A stretch of DNA of 64,000 nt, taken from positions 9,670,287-9,734,286 of the forward strand of contig OZ316899.1 in assembly GCA_973895155.1 (NCBI GenBank), written 5' to 3'. Positions 51,280 to 63,810 of the stretch are shown piece after piece. Position numbers and translations under genes: made by a program. Under the pieces are notes generated by a model that was not told the DNA's origin, searched no databases, and saw only the letters and a list, made by a program, of their open reading frames with translations. Every line of letters begins with the position of its first letter. Positions within the stretch are counted from its first letter, which is position 1. This DNA is from Marsupella aquatica. Its lineage: Eukaryota > Plantae > Marchantiophyta.

Positions 51280-54200
51280 CCACTATTGCTCGCTCCCATC
51301 CTGGCTGGTAATTTTGAAGGTTCCGTTTCCCCACGCCTTGAGGACGGTAAAGGGTCCTTCCCATTTAAGTCTCAACTTTTATTTTTTTATTCGTGCCCGC
51401 TTTCGGCACCACAGTACTAATTCCCCTTCCGTGAACGTGGTTACCTCCCGTTGATCGTCTATTCGTTGCTTGCGTTGTCCTTGTACATACTCTAATCGCT
51501 CTTCGGCCCTTCTCTAGGTTTTGGTAACCTCCAATAGTGCTTTTAACCGTCTAGTTAAACACGGGTTCTGATTTATGTCGTATCCCGCTACGATTTGCAA
51601 ACTAGGTAATTCGTAGTCTGTCGGCATACGGGCCTCAACTCCAAACATTAATTGAAAAGGGGTGTGGCCGCGCGGAATGCCCATACTGCCGCCGGCAGCT
51701 GAACGTCCCAATCGTTTTGCTGTTCGTTAACCACTTTCCGTAAAACGTTGAGTAAGACTTTGTTTGTTGACTCCGCTTGCCCGTTACACTGAGGGTAATA
51801 GGGAGTCAAAAACCGATGGCTTATATGGTAATTATCCGTCAGTTTCTGGATAACCTTGTTCAGAAAATGTGAACCTTGATCGCTCACTAGCTTACCTGGT
51901 AATCCGTATCTCGTGATGATGTTCTGGTACAAGATTGGCTATTACTCGGGCAGTGTTCTCCCGAGTTGCGACTGCTTCCACCCATTTTGTGGTATATTCT
52001 GTTGTTGCTAAAATATACTGGTTCTGACTATATCTGGAAGATGAAGTGATGGGTCCTATGAAATCTATTCCCCATTTCTGAAAAATATAAGGGGCGATTA
52101 TAGGCCTGAACTCCATGTTTTCCTTTACAGGTCCTGTACGCTGACACAGGTCGCAAGTTTTTACAAACTCCCAAGTGTCTTTATGGACAGTTGCCCACCA
52201 ACGTCCTTGCTGAAGAATCTTCCTCAGGGTGATCTCGGTGCCGAAATGTCCCCCTCCTAGTCCTTCATGTGCCGCGATTAAGGCTTCTGGCCGTTCTTCC
52301 TCCGAAACTACTCTACGTAGTATGTCATCGGGCCCCTGGTAATAAAGCACGTGGTTGATCAAGGTGTAGGGCCTTGCCTTATAGGCGTAGACCTTCCTTT
52401 CCTTACTGGACAACCCCTCGGGGAATACCGCTGTGCGTAAATACCTTTCTAATGCTGGTTCGTCATCCAAGGTCACTAGATTTACAGGATGCCTTTCCTT
52501 GGCGTCTTGAAATAGCTCCATATCCGGTAATTGATCGTCTTCTTCCTTGCCTGTCTCTCCTGATTCGAGTCTACTCAAATAATCGGGTATGACATGGGTT
52601 TTCCCGGGTTTATAAATGATGGTGTAATCAAACTCAGCTAATAACAAAATCCATCTTGCAATTCGGCCCGACAGCTGTGGTTTGTTTACTAAGTTGACCA
52701 AGGCATTATGATCTACATAGAATATGAATCGATTCCCAAGTAAATAATGCCTAAATTTCTTTACTGCAAATATCATGGCTAATGCTTCCCTCTCAGTCGT
52801 GGTGTAGTTCCTTTCATGCACGTTTAACAGTCTACTGGCATAGTATACTGGTAAATCGATACCTTGTTCTCCCTTCTGTGCTAACACTGCCCCCACCGCC
52901 ACCAGAGAAGCATCTGTATGTAGATGGAACTCCCTCTTCCAATCTGGCTCCTTGAGTATGGGTGCATGGCACAACCGGTCTTTGATTTCTTCAAACGCGT
53001 TCTGATAGTCGTCGTCCCAAGTGAAGTTTGATGGTTACCCATTAATCGTGCCAACGGGGCACTGATTTGGGAGTACCCCTTGATGTAACGACGGTAAAAA
53101 CCTCCACTTCCCAGGAACCTTCTAACTTGGGTTGCACTATTGGGAACTGGCATCTCTTTAATGATTTTTATCTTATCTGGGTCTACTAACAAGCCCTGTT
53201 TACAGACTATGTGTCCTAATATCCTGCCCGATGGTACAAAGAAGGTGCACTTATCAGGGTTCAGGCTGACTCCCCCTTCCCTACATCTTAAGAGGCATAA
53301 TCTGAGATGACCTATATGTTGCTCTTCCTCTCCGTATATGGTGAAGTCATCTAGGAAGATTTGCATAAACTGATTCAAATACTCATGAAATAACATCATC
53401 ATTAATCGCTGGAATGTACTAGGCCCATTGCATAATCCAAAGGGTAATACGAGACACTGGAAAGCGCCCCATTCCGTAATGAAAGTGGTCAGCTCCCTTG
53501 CTTCTGTTGCTAACCGGACCTGACTCTACCCGCTATACCCATCTAAAAATGAATAAGCTGACTTTCCTGCTACCACATCCAGAACTGCTTCTAGAAAGGG
53601 TACCGGGAAAGGGTCTTTTATGGTCGCTGCGTTTAATTTTCTGAAATCAATGCAGACTCTTAACTTCCCATTTTTCTTAGGTACTACAACTATTGGGGAT
53701 AGCCACGTATAACGCTTAACAGGTTCAATGAATTTGGCATCAAGGAGCCTTTGGATTTTTTCTTTTACCTTTTCCGCATAGTTGGGGTTCATCCTATATC
53801 GTTGTGTCTGCACCGGTACTGATCCTGGTACGAGTCGGATTTGATGTACGCCAATTGACTCTGGAACTCCCTTTAACTCCGTGTAATCCCAGGCAAAAAC
53901 ATCTCGGAATTCGACGAGTAGGGTAACAAGTTCCTCTTTGAGCTCGGGGGAAAGGTGTTTCCCTATCTTTACTTCTCGTGGTCGTTTATAGTCACTCAAA
54001 TCGACCTTCTGAATGTGCTCTTCCTCGGTGGCACTCCATCCCACCACTTTCTCTGCTAGATCCTGCAAGGTGGTCTGTGCTTCTTCCTCCTTTAATGAGC
54101 ACTCCTGAATGCCTTGCGGGTCTATGTGTTTAAACAGATCGTTTCATAGATCATGATCCATTTTTTCTTTGGTCATTCCTTGCATCTCGTCGAGCTTGAC

Positions 54201-56350
54201 TATTTCCATATCTGAAATTGGGACTAAGTCTGGACGGCATTTTAAATAGGTCTCTTCTTCATCCTCATTCAACCCCTCTGCCCAGTTCAAGGTACAGACT
54301 CTGGCCATAGGTGGTACACCGTCCTCGATAGCCTTGGTTCTGATCTTGAAAGTCTCTCCTCCGTGTTCTATTTTTATATAATCCTTCTCTTCCCCCCAGT
54401 GTTGTTTTACTTTGGCCTGTCTTAGCCAAGGTTGTCCTAACAACATGGGTTGTCCTCGAGTGGAATCTGCTTCTCTCAAAACTACCACTCCTAAATTGTA
54501 CTTGATGCCTGAAATCAGCATTGGTAAGTCTGGCACGTAACCTAGTGGGTGACAGCTGCTTTGATCGGCCATTATTAAATTAAAAGGGGCTGGTAAGAGT
54601 TTGACTCTGCCTAGCAGTCTGTAGGTCTGCTCACTCATGAGGTTTACGGCTGACCCTCCATCCAGCAATACGTTCTTTAGTTTGATGCCCCTTACGCTGA
54701 TCTGTACTACGGCTCCTTTGTCGATTAGGGGAATCTTCCCAGCTTGGTACAGTGGTACTCCGGGTAATGTGGTAGGACTAATTCTGCCTCCCAACCGTCT
54801 CATTACTGCTTCCTTGCACTGTGGTGCTAACTGGAACAGTTCCTCGACAGTGATGTCGACTCTGGTCTTCGCGATGAGTTGCACTAGCTTATCCACTATT
54901 CGCTGGTTCGCTTCGGCAGGGTTATTCGGTGGTTCTTCGTCTCGTGGGAGTTGTCCCGTTTCTTGATCGAATCCCCCCATCGTCACTCCCTCCTCTAGAA
55001 TTTCCGTATCTGTCTCTGTGTAAGGTTCTGAACGCATTAATCGTTCAGGTCGTGGCAAGGTCTCGTTCCACTGTTTGTGGCGAATTTCATCCGCCATTTC
55101 TCGGGTGGTTGCATCCATTTGGCTCCAATCGAATCCTCCCTCAGTCTCCGGGGAATTGGTTTGGGTTGAGTTCTCTGGCTGCCCTTGAGATCTTGTCACC
55201 ACGTATGTTGACACTTGCACAGTATTCACAGGTGCTGGGGCTTTCCCCGCTATTTCTTCTTTTTCTTTCATGTGCTTCATCCATAATTCACAATCGGGCC
55301 CCCTGATGTGGCCAGTTAGTCGACAGTAATAGCAAATCGGTGGGTATTTAGTACCACCATCCTTATAGGGCCTTCGGTTTGCATTACGATCCGGATTGTA
55401 ATATCCCTGACTACTCTCCATCCTATCCCCATCTTGTTTGCTTGTTCCTACCTGATTTACACCTAGGCTAGGTTTCTTTTTAAAAGGATTCTGGTTGCAT
55501 TCCTGAGTAGTATGTCCAGGCCTCATATGTATTTCACAGAATTTACGAGTACTAAGCTCGCCTCGCTCTCGGTTTTCCTTGACTTCTACCTTAGAAGGTT
55601 CTGTTTTCCGGTTAACCCTCTCTTCATCCTTACTGCTCTCGTTCTTTTCCTGGTTAAGCATCTGAGTAATGCCTTCTAGCCGTATTAATCTTTTCTCGTA
55701 TTCGTCAGCATTAGAAGTGGGATTTTGTTCTACCACTGTGACTAGACTTCCCTTCACAGCCTTTCTCATCCAGCTAATTTGTTGCCCGTCGGATGGTTTG
55801 TTAGTTAATCGCCTCATTGTTACCTTTAACCGTCCAATATAGTTCTGTACTGGTTCTCCTTTCTTCTGAGTCATGTTTTGCAGAATGCTATACAAATCAG
55901 ATTCTTCCTTAGCCCTTCTGTAATGATCTAAGAATTCTTTTGAAAACTCAGGCCAAGTTTTGAAATGGTCAGCTGGGTATTGAGTGTACCATACAAAAGC
56001 TTCCTTGTCCAGTGAGCTGGGAAACAGCTCTAATCGGGCTGTGTCGTTCTGTTCGTGGTTAGCTCTGAGCATTTCTTCGAAATGTGCTAAGTGGGTATCG
56101 GCATCTTCATCAGGTGCTCCCTTGAACATGGGTATTTTAACCCTTCTGGTAGGAGCCGATCTCGAACTAATGCCAGCTCCTTGGTGGTTTTAAGTCGTTC
56201 CATGGCTTCTTCCAGGGGTTCTTCGACCTTATCTTGAGCCCTTGAAGTCTCGATTCGTTCTTCGACCTCAAGTCTGAGTCTGCTTTCTTGGAAAGGTTCG
56301 AACTCCTCTGCCATTTCCCCTTCGTTGGGATTGATGGGCGTCTTGCCCAT
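51280..56350 (-). pseudogene. gag-pol: Gypsy gag-pol (capsid, Zn knuckles, protease, RT, RNase H, integrase)
   Basis: FKGAPDEDADTHL; CYYCRLTGH; LLDGGSAVN; LRVCIDFRKLN, FLDDF; TDASLVAVGAVL; H..H/C..C, WGIDFIGP, SDQGSHF, NGQAE, WEGPF. Several stops and frameshifts. Confidence 0.95.
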
Positions 56351-57251
56351 TTATCTTCTGGGTTAGCAAAGCCTTTTCTCTGCCTTCAAGCAATATACTC
56401 AACGATCAGGTCTTTCTTTACAAGGGTGATGTCAAGATCTTATTACTCGTTACTTTTCACAAAAACGAAGACCTTCTACTGTCTCCTTTACTTGACTAAT
56501 GCTATAACTTCTGTTAATCAGTTCCTCTCTCTCCTTTGCTCAACTGCGGCTATGCCCTCTGCGAAATGACTCCTATTCGCTTAAACTAGGAGTGTAGGCT
56601 TCTGGAGCCATGAGTTCCTCGTTAAAGCACATAGTTAATAACTGGTTTAACATAGAAAACTCAAAACTGTCATGTTGACTCCACATCATACATCTTGGGC
56701 AAGCTCCTGCGATTTCCTCTAGTTTAGAACTTAATTTCCTAGCGATTCTGCCTATCTAGAATGCTATCGCAACCGGGTAGTCATTTCGATTCCAATGACA
56801 CCATTCTAAGAGTTTTGTAAGGTCCTCCTTTCTCTTGGGTAGGCGGTACTGCGTGTAGCCTTGAGGTAATCGATCACTTGGTGGCATGGTCGCTGCTGTA
56901 AACGCTGCTCCAAACCGAGGATTGCAAATGAATTGCTCGCCTCACAACATTCCAGGTTCCTCCATGCGCTTCTCGAAGTACCAACTCTGTGTGTGTGGGC
57001 GTGGTGTAAGCAATTATCATAACATCGCCTTCTTGTGCCCTACTTCTCCCGCTCGCTAGTATTGAGTGCTCTTTCTCGTTCAGTGTTGCTATGATTGCTG
57101 CTTCGGCATCCTTCTCAAAATAGAACATCGTCCAGAACTCCTTCGGCGAGTTCATGTCACCCGTTTGCCTTTCTGGATTTGCACGTTTCTCTCTTGGTTT
57201 GGACTGCTGGTCGTAGCAGTTGCTCCTCTTTCGGAACCCTCAACAAGGTGT

Positions 57252-57269
57252 TCCCCAGTATGGTCGCCA
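57252..57269 (-). promoter_or_regulatory. Primer-binding site, tRNA-Arg-like
   Basis: Minus strand reads ...TTTAACA-TTTT-TGGCGACCATACTGGGGA, the same CA-TTTT-TGG geometry as family A. Confidence 0.6.
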
Positions 57270-57273
57270 AAAA

Positions 57274-57388
57274 TGTTAAACGCCAACTTTGACCTTGCGA
57301 TTAATGGCCGTTTAACTACCTTCTCCTCAGTAATCTCGTTTAAATGATTAACCGACCTTCGAGAGGCGGCACTCCTTCTATCTTGACA
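57274..57388 (-). mobile_element. Putative short 5' LTR (~115 bp) of family C
   Basis: TGTCAAGA...GTTTAACA inverted termini adjacent to the PBS. No second copy in the window to confirm it. Confidence 0.45.
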
Positions 57389-57414
57389 CAGTCCCCGTAA
57401 GTGAATCCGACCAA

Positions 57415-59029
57415 GTGCTCTTGAATGTCGAGTTCCAACAAAGCGTGCAACAACAAAGCGTGCAGCCTTCAATAGAGCCAATGGTAGACCAGCCTCTGGA
57501 CCAACAAAGCGAGCAACAACAAGAGCATGACGCATCCCAGGGAGAGAACGCAACCCAAGGAGGGGATCATTCAGATGACGTACGGGTAGATAACAAAGGA
57601 GAAGATGAACGGGTGGAGGACGAAGGAGAAGACGAACGGGTAGAGGATGAAGGAGAAGACAAACAAGAGGGGCGTGAGTCTGATACTCCGGCGCCGAAAC
57701 GGATGCCATTATCCTCAAGGCTGAAGACAAAGGCTGCAAAAAAGACCAAAACAACGAGGCCCAAACCTCGCCGCGCAAAAGCACGTGACACTGAGCTTGA
57801 AGACATTCCGCCCAGCCCCATAGAGCAACCCCCGCCTAGCACCATACCACAACCCCCGCCCAGCCCAATAGAGGTTCCGCCCACGACAATCCAACATGAG
57901 GCCCCAACGGATGGCCCAAATTACGAAGAGGACGTTGAAGGCGAACCGGAGTCGGATGGCACAGAGGTGGTTGGAGTTTGATGTTCAAGCGCCGATAACT
58001 TTTCTTCCCCGCTCAGGCATTGTTATTTTAAATGGTCTCCGTATCTTTTCAAAACTTACTTTGACGCTGCCAATGACAGTAAGGAACCGGCTGTGGTACT
58101 CCGTTTTAGAGACTGGTGCAGAAAGCTTAGGCGGGGTGGTTTGGCTGCAGAAGGCTGGCTAAAGAACGGGAATCCTACAAGGTCTGGTGCAAATCTGATT
58201 CTGATTCAAATGGGATCAGACACCCGCATGCACGCGGATGGGAACATCCCATGTGGAATTTGTTCCGGCCAGACGACCTCAGTCGGGTTGAGGATTTTGC
58301 GCGAGTTTTCCTTGATGATGAGGGATTGTTTGGCATAGTGCACAGTGCTTCGGTTGCCCACTCCGCAGTACTTTGTGACAGTCTCAATTACGAAGAGACC
58401 AATTGGGTGCTGAAAGACACCTTTTTCATTTGGAACGCCACACCCACCTTCGACTTCACGACTCGAAAGCGGGTAAGTCTAATAGATTTAACTCCATTCT
58501 TGTCTTATGTTCTTTCGGTGACTTGTACTCAGAAAGACTCATCACTGACTTTGTTCTGTACGTCCAGAGTGAATATCTCAAGCTGGACCTTTGGGGATTT
58601 AAATCGTCTGCCGAGGTATGCCCAAAGGATGACGTGAAGCCAATCAGTGTCGAGCTTGATATGAAGTTGAGGAATGGGCTAACTAACTATACAACGGGTC
58701 AGAATGAGACCATTGATGATTTTGGTGGCACCTTGTCTCCAGCTACACTCCAATGTATAATAGAATATACAACTAAGCCAGGGGGAACTGTTGTCACGTT
58801 CAATGCACACTTCGGGGCTATCTTTAAGGCTGGTGAGAACTGTGGGCGGATGGTCTTTGGGACCAAATCCTATCCGTACTTCAAATCTTATGCGGAAGAC
58901 ACGATGACAGAGTTTGTTGGAGTGCCTCTAACAGAGCAAGAGGAGGCAATGGATTGTCGAAAATCCAATCCAGAAAAGCGCAAGAAGAAAAAGCCTTCAT
59001 GTGAGTTTACTACCGTTTCCCTTCAATGA
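57415..59029 (+). pseudogene. MTase-like accessory gene, copy 3 (C-terminal part; intron 58473-58567)
   Basis: FRDWCRKL...GW..NG.P...LILIQMGSD...WN.F...FLDDEGLFGIVHS aligns with copy 1. The last exon TLSPATLQCIIEYTTKPGGTVVTFNAHFGAIFKAGENCGRMVFG aligns with copy 2. Confidence 0.75.
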
Positions 59030-59049
59030 TTTTAATATTGTCCCATAGT

Positions 59050-59600
59050 ATTTCAGCGGACTCTCCGAGATGGCTCTCCATCTGGGCAAATCCATCTCGG
59101 CTGACCTCTCCGAGATGCATGTCGGCCGGCCTAGCCGAGAGGATCGCATCTGGCCCGGGCACTTTGAGATTTACTGGAAAGTCCCTCTCAGCTGGCCTCT
59201 CCGAGATGCATGTCAGCGGGCCTCGCCAAGAGGAATCGCATCTGGCCCGAGCATATTCAGATTTCCAGGCAAGTCCATCTTGGCGGGCCTCATCGAGAGG
59301 AATCGCATCTGGCCCGGGCATATTCAGATTTCCAGGCAAGTCCATCTCGGTTGGCCTCTCCGAGATGCATGTCGGCGGGCCTCGCCGAGAGGAATCGCAT
59401 CTGGCCCGGGCATATTCAGATTTCCAGGCAAGTCCATCTCAGCGGGCCTCTCTGAGATGCATGTCGGCGGGCCTCGCCCAGATGAATCCCGGGTGGCCTG
59501 GCCACGTCAACTTCTACTGGCAAGTCCACGTAGGGCCTTAGATGTGTTTGGAGGGACAAAAATACATCTTGGCTAGCCTCTCTGAGATCTATCTCGAAAG
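59050..59600. repeat. Palindrome-bearing tandem repeats (ATCTCGG..GGCCTCTCCGAGAT / TCGGCGGGCCTCGCCGAGA)
   Basis: Composite ~60-95-bp units. Further related motifs at ~61030-61385. Confidence 0.85.
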
Positions 59601-59738
59601 GTGACTCAATGGATTATTTGGGGTGTTCACATCGGCTCACTTGCCTCACAAATTTGTTCTTGTGATCCGTCTATTTCGGCGCAATACATGATTTGATTTA
59701 AGTATAACTTAGCAGCAGTTCCCGACAGGACCACCAAG

Positions 59739-60032
59739 TTGGCAACCAAGGAATGGGACACACAGGACAGACGACTTGTGAAGCTCGCTTGGGAGGAAGC
59801 TTTGGCATTATTCTCTCCGGAGAAGTCAAGCCTACCGTGCTACGCTGATACGTATCATGAAGAAAGAGTTGCTCATTTTGTGAAAGAGAGAACAAGGAAG
59901 ACTCTCAAATTTGTCGATGATAGGGCAGAAGAGGCTGAATTGGATGAGAGTAGCTCGGTAGGAAGTGATAGTGATAGTCTCCAAACTCACCATGCAAGCA
60001 TAAGTTTGTCAAGCTCCAATTCCGAAGAGTAA
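59739..60032 (+). CDS. Small partner ORF (WEE...PEKSSLPCYADT, acidic/Ser tail)
   Basis: Homologous to 39410-39847 and in the same position relative to the MTase-like gene. Confidence 0.5.
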   Translation: MATKEWDTQDRRLVKLAWEEALALFSPEKSSLPCYADTYHEERVAHFVKERTRKTLKFVDDRAEEAELDESSSVGSDSDSLQTHHASISLSSSNSEE

Positions 60033-60131
60033 TTTTTGGGTGAATTTACCTTCATTGCAGCTCAGAAGCAAACTGAGCCACAACAACCAGTCGACGAGGT
60101 AGTGACTGCCCAGCAATGAGTCAATCAGGGG

Positions 60132-60890
60132 GTGCCTGTGCACCAACGACCGAATCAGGGGGTGCATGTGCACCAACGACCAAATCAGGGGGTGCCTGCA
60201 CAACGACATCAACCCGCCATACTTGCGACCATAGTCAAAGAAGCATTGGACTCCAACAAGGACCAAGATGAAGTCCTAGTCAGCCTCGGCGACTTAAAAT
60301 TGAAGACAAAAGATTTCAAATGCTTGAGGGAAAAAAAATGGCTCACTTGTGACATCATCAATGCTTACATTCCTCTATTGGAGCGTAGAGCAAAGGTCAT
60401 TGCAAAACCCAAATGCATGCTTTTGCCCACACATTTTTACAATGTCTTGACGCATCCTGCGTACAGCTTCAACGCAGCGTTGGCATTTGTGAAGGGCATT
60501 GATGTCTTTTCATTCGACCTCATTCTAATCCCCATCCACAGGCCAAAACATTGGGTACTAGCTGTGGTCGATTTTACTTTGTAGCAACTACATTTGCTCG
60601 ATCCCATTGGAGGCGAAGCATCGGAATGCGACAATTTGGTGAATGTCGGTTGGTTTCTCCATGACCTGTCCCGCTTGCGCAGTTGTCCCCACTTATCGCC
60701 ATTACAATGGCAACGCATCGTCCGCGACGATATTCCAACCCAACCCGATAGTTACAATTGTGGAGTATATGTCATAATGTACATGGAGCGTCTTTCTAGA
60801 GGCTCTGTATTGGCGGTTGACCCTAAACATGTACTGCTTATACGACAAAAGATTATTGTAGACCTAATCTGCCAGACGATCAGTTTGTAG
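60132..60890 (+). pseudogene. Ulp1/SENP-like SUMO protease (peptidase C48), one in-frame stop
   Basis: WLTCDIINAY, PTHFY, PIHRPKHWVLAVVD, LLDP and QPDSYNCGVYV give the His-Asp-Cys triad. TAG at 60582-60584. Confidence 0.9.
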
Positions 60891-61533
60891 ATAGAGGATC
60901 GATGGATTGCCTTTGTGAATTCAATTTGTGAATATTTCACAACAGAGCAACATGTTGTATACGAAGTAAAATAAAAATTTCCTCCAAAGGTTATGTTCTG
61001 GTCCTGTACTTTCTACGCTGGACCCCGTGTTGTTTTTCAATGTCATGCCGAGCTCTCCTAGATAAGTCGGCGAGGGTCTTTGAGATGAGTCTTTGAAAGG
61101 GACGTGTTGTATGGACTCTGTTGTACGATGTGTTGTATGGATCCTTTTTGAGATTTAGTAGCGACACCCCATGATATATCGAAGACCCTGTGTGAGAAGT
61201 TTTTTTTCCTCAAATTTCAGTTGAATCTCGGCGGGGCTCGTTGAGATTCAACTGAACTTTGAGGAAATCTCAGAGAGGCCGCCAAGATTGAAACTTTATA
61301 TTCTCCTTTAATGTCAGAGAGGCAGCCGACATAAGAAATGGTCAAAGTAAAGTACCCGATCCAACCTCAAAGAGGCGCCGACAATGGCGCGGACTGCGAT
61401 TGGGTTGTGGATTGGGTTGTGCCCCAGAAGAATTCATCTCAACTGATTCGCTGAGTTTCGGTGTTGGACTGATATCAGTCACTGATGAAACTCACTGATA
61501 ACTGATGAAGTACACGACCCCCTGGATATAGCA

Positions 61534-63810
61534 GATTACCCAGGCCATGGCATCATATCTGGACGAGTGACAAAGGGCTATGTGGGGTGCACACCATGTG
61601 GGAAAAATGTGACAAGTGAGTGGTCGCATGCCTTGCACAGTATGAAATTTCAGGGGCATAGAAGGTATCTGCCTGCTAATCATCCTTACAGGCACACACG
61701 GTCTCAAATTGCACACTTCAACAACAAAACAGAGCTTCGTGGCCCACCATAGAGGGTCACCAGAGAGCAAGTCCTGAGGTGGGCAGCCATGAAGGCTGAT
61801 TGGGACAAGAGAAGTGCCACTGATCGAGAACCTGAGGATCCAGTGGTGAAACACGGTGTGAAAGACAGACCTTGATGGAGTTGGAGTTGGAGTACTGGAG
61901 GGTAATGTACTTAGCCTCCAGCCCCTGTATGATTGTAATTTTAGATTGGAGCAATGGTGGATTCATGTTGGTTACAATCCTCCTATGTGGTTAATTAGTG
62001 TTTCTGTTGTTGAATTCTTTGCTTTGTGGAGTGCAGGAATTCAAGCCCAGCAAACACAATGTGGACGTCATGCACATTGAGAAAAATATTTGTGAGAGCT
62101 TGCTGAAGTTCTTGTCGGGTGAGAAAGATACAGGAGCAGTTTGAGATGATATGCAACAGAAGGGGATTCACCCTCACCTTTGGTTGAAGCCCCATGCAAG
62201 CAATCCCAAATGAATGTACTTCTCAAGTTCCAAGCTCCCTATGTGTGCACACAGGAAGAATGGAAGACATTCTTGTATAGATTGAGCTGTCTGAAAGTGC
62301 CCTCTGGCTATGCTGGTGCCTTCAAGAAGCATATTACAAAGAATAAACTTGGCAGTATGAAAACACATGACTACCATGTGTTGATGCAGCACATTCTGCC
62401 CCTATGCCTCAGAGGTCTCATGCAGAAACCAGTCCGTAATGTCATTCTTCGACTGTGCAATGTATTTCGCCGTATATGTGTGAAAGTGTGGGATCCCCAA
62501 GGATTGGAGCAGTTGAAGCAGGATGCTGCTTATGTCCTCTGTGACTTGGAGATATACTTCCCCCCTGCTTTCTTTGATGTTATGACTCATCTCCTAATCC
62601 ATGTGGTAGAAGAGCTAGGGCAGTATGGGCCAGTCAGTCCGAGATGGATGTACCCTATGGAGCGATACATGAAGTTGTTGAAAGGTCATGTGAGAACATA
62701 CTACAGGCCAGAGGCTTCCATGGCATTCATTAAGGATGAGACGTTGGGGTTCCTAACAGAGTACATGGCTGGGTCTGGTGAAGCTATGACAAGAGTTTGG
62801 AAATCTGGTGAAGATGATGGAGTGAGTGGCGAGGTTGTTGAAGGTGTGGGACGTGCTGTTCAGCTGCCTGTTGCAATTTGAGACAAGGCTCATTCATATG
62901 TGCTGGCAAACACAGAGCCTATGCAACCATGGTGGAGGTGAGTGATTGAATTGACTTGCCTTTGTTGTGATGCTTCTTGTCTGTTCCAAGGGTGATCTTA
63001 GGTTGTCATGTGTTGTTTAGACCTAACTATGCCTGTACCTCATATTGCAGGGAATATGATATGCAAAAAGCTGCACACTCTGGGCAGCAGGATCCCTTCC
63101 CACAGTTCGAGCAGTGAATTTGGGTGACAATTCGAGAGCATAGTAGACATCACCCAGATATGGAGAAGGATTTGTATCTTCTATCTGTGCCACCACGATT
63201 GTCTATTCTGACCTACAAACGGATGAGAGCTTATGGAAATCATTATCAAGTGAGGGATGAGCAGGGTGACCATTGTGTATCATATGATTGTGGTTTGATT
63301 TATGTGTTTGAGCAAAGAACCTCTGAAGAACAGAGGGGGTGGATGAAGATGGGTTACATGGGGGAGTTGACCAACATTTGGGTGTTGAATTATGGTAACA
63401 CAAGTGTCCCAGTGATATTGATGAAGGGATCATGGGTGAAATCAGAGTGGCAGAGACCAAGGGCCACCATGAAGCATGATCATGATGGGTTCTTGTTGGC
63501 CAATTTTAGGTCCAGAGTACCAAAATGGTCTGAGCCTTTTGTTTTCCCTAGCCAAGTTGAACTGGCTTTCTTTGCAGATGTGGAGGAGTCACATGGCTGG
63601 AGGGTGGTATGCCATAGCCAAGCACGGAACAGGTGGATGGATGGAAGTAAAGTAGAGTTCAGTTTGGATGACCATGCTGCATTCGAGCATCCTAGTCACG
63701 AGACTGTACTTCCAACTCGGGCAGGGACTAACTACATCCCCTTAACATTGAGAGAGACATATGATGAACCTGGGCAAATGGAATATGATGAGGTTGATGA
63801 TTTGCAATAG
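61534..63810 (+). pseudogene. CACTA TnpD-like transposase, 5'-truncated, with introns
   Basis: DYPGHGIISGRVTKGYVGCTPC, GHRRYLPANHPYR, DVMHIEKNICE, KTHDYHVLMQ, FPPAFFDVMTHL, WMYPMERYMK and EPFVFPSQV (Transposase_21 / DUF4218 / DUF4216 region). Confidence 0.92.

Larger units (their letters stand above)
46961..57388 (-). mobile_element. Ty3/Gypsy non-chromovirus element (family C), 3' LTR missing
   Basis: Domain order gag-PR-RT-RH-IN. PBS at 57252-57269 next to a TG..CA segment. Extra 3' ORFs. Confidence 0.88.

Noticed and set aside
59010-59576. Several overlapping 80-170-aa ORFs
   Set aside because: They are translations of the GC-rich palindromic repeat.
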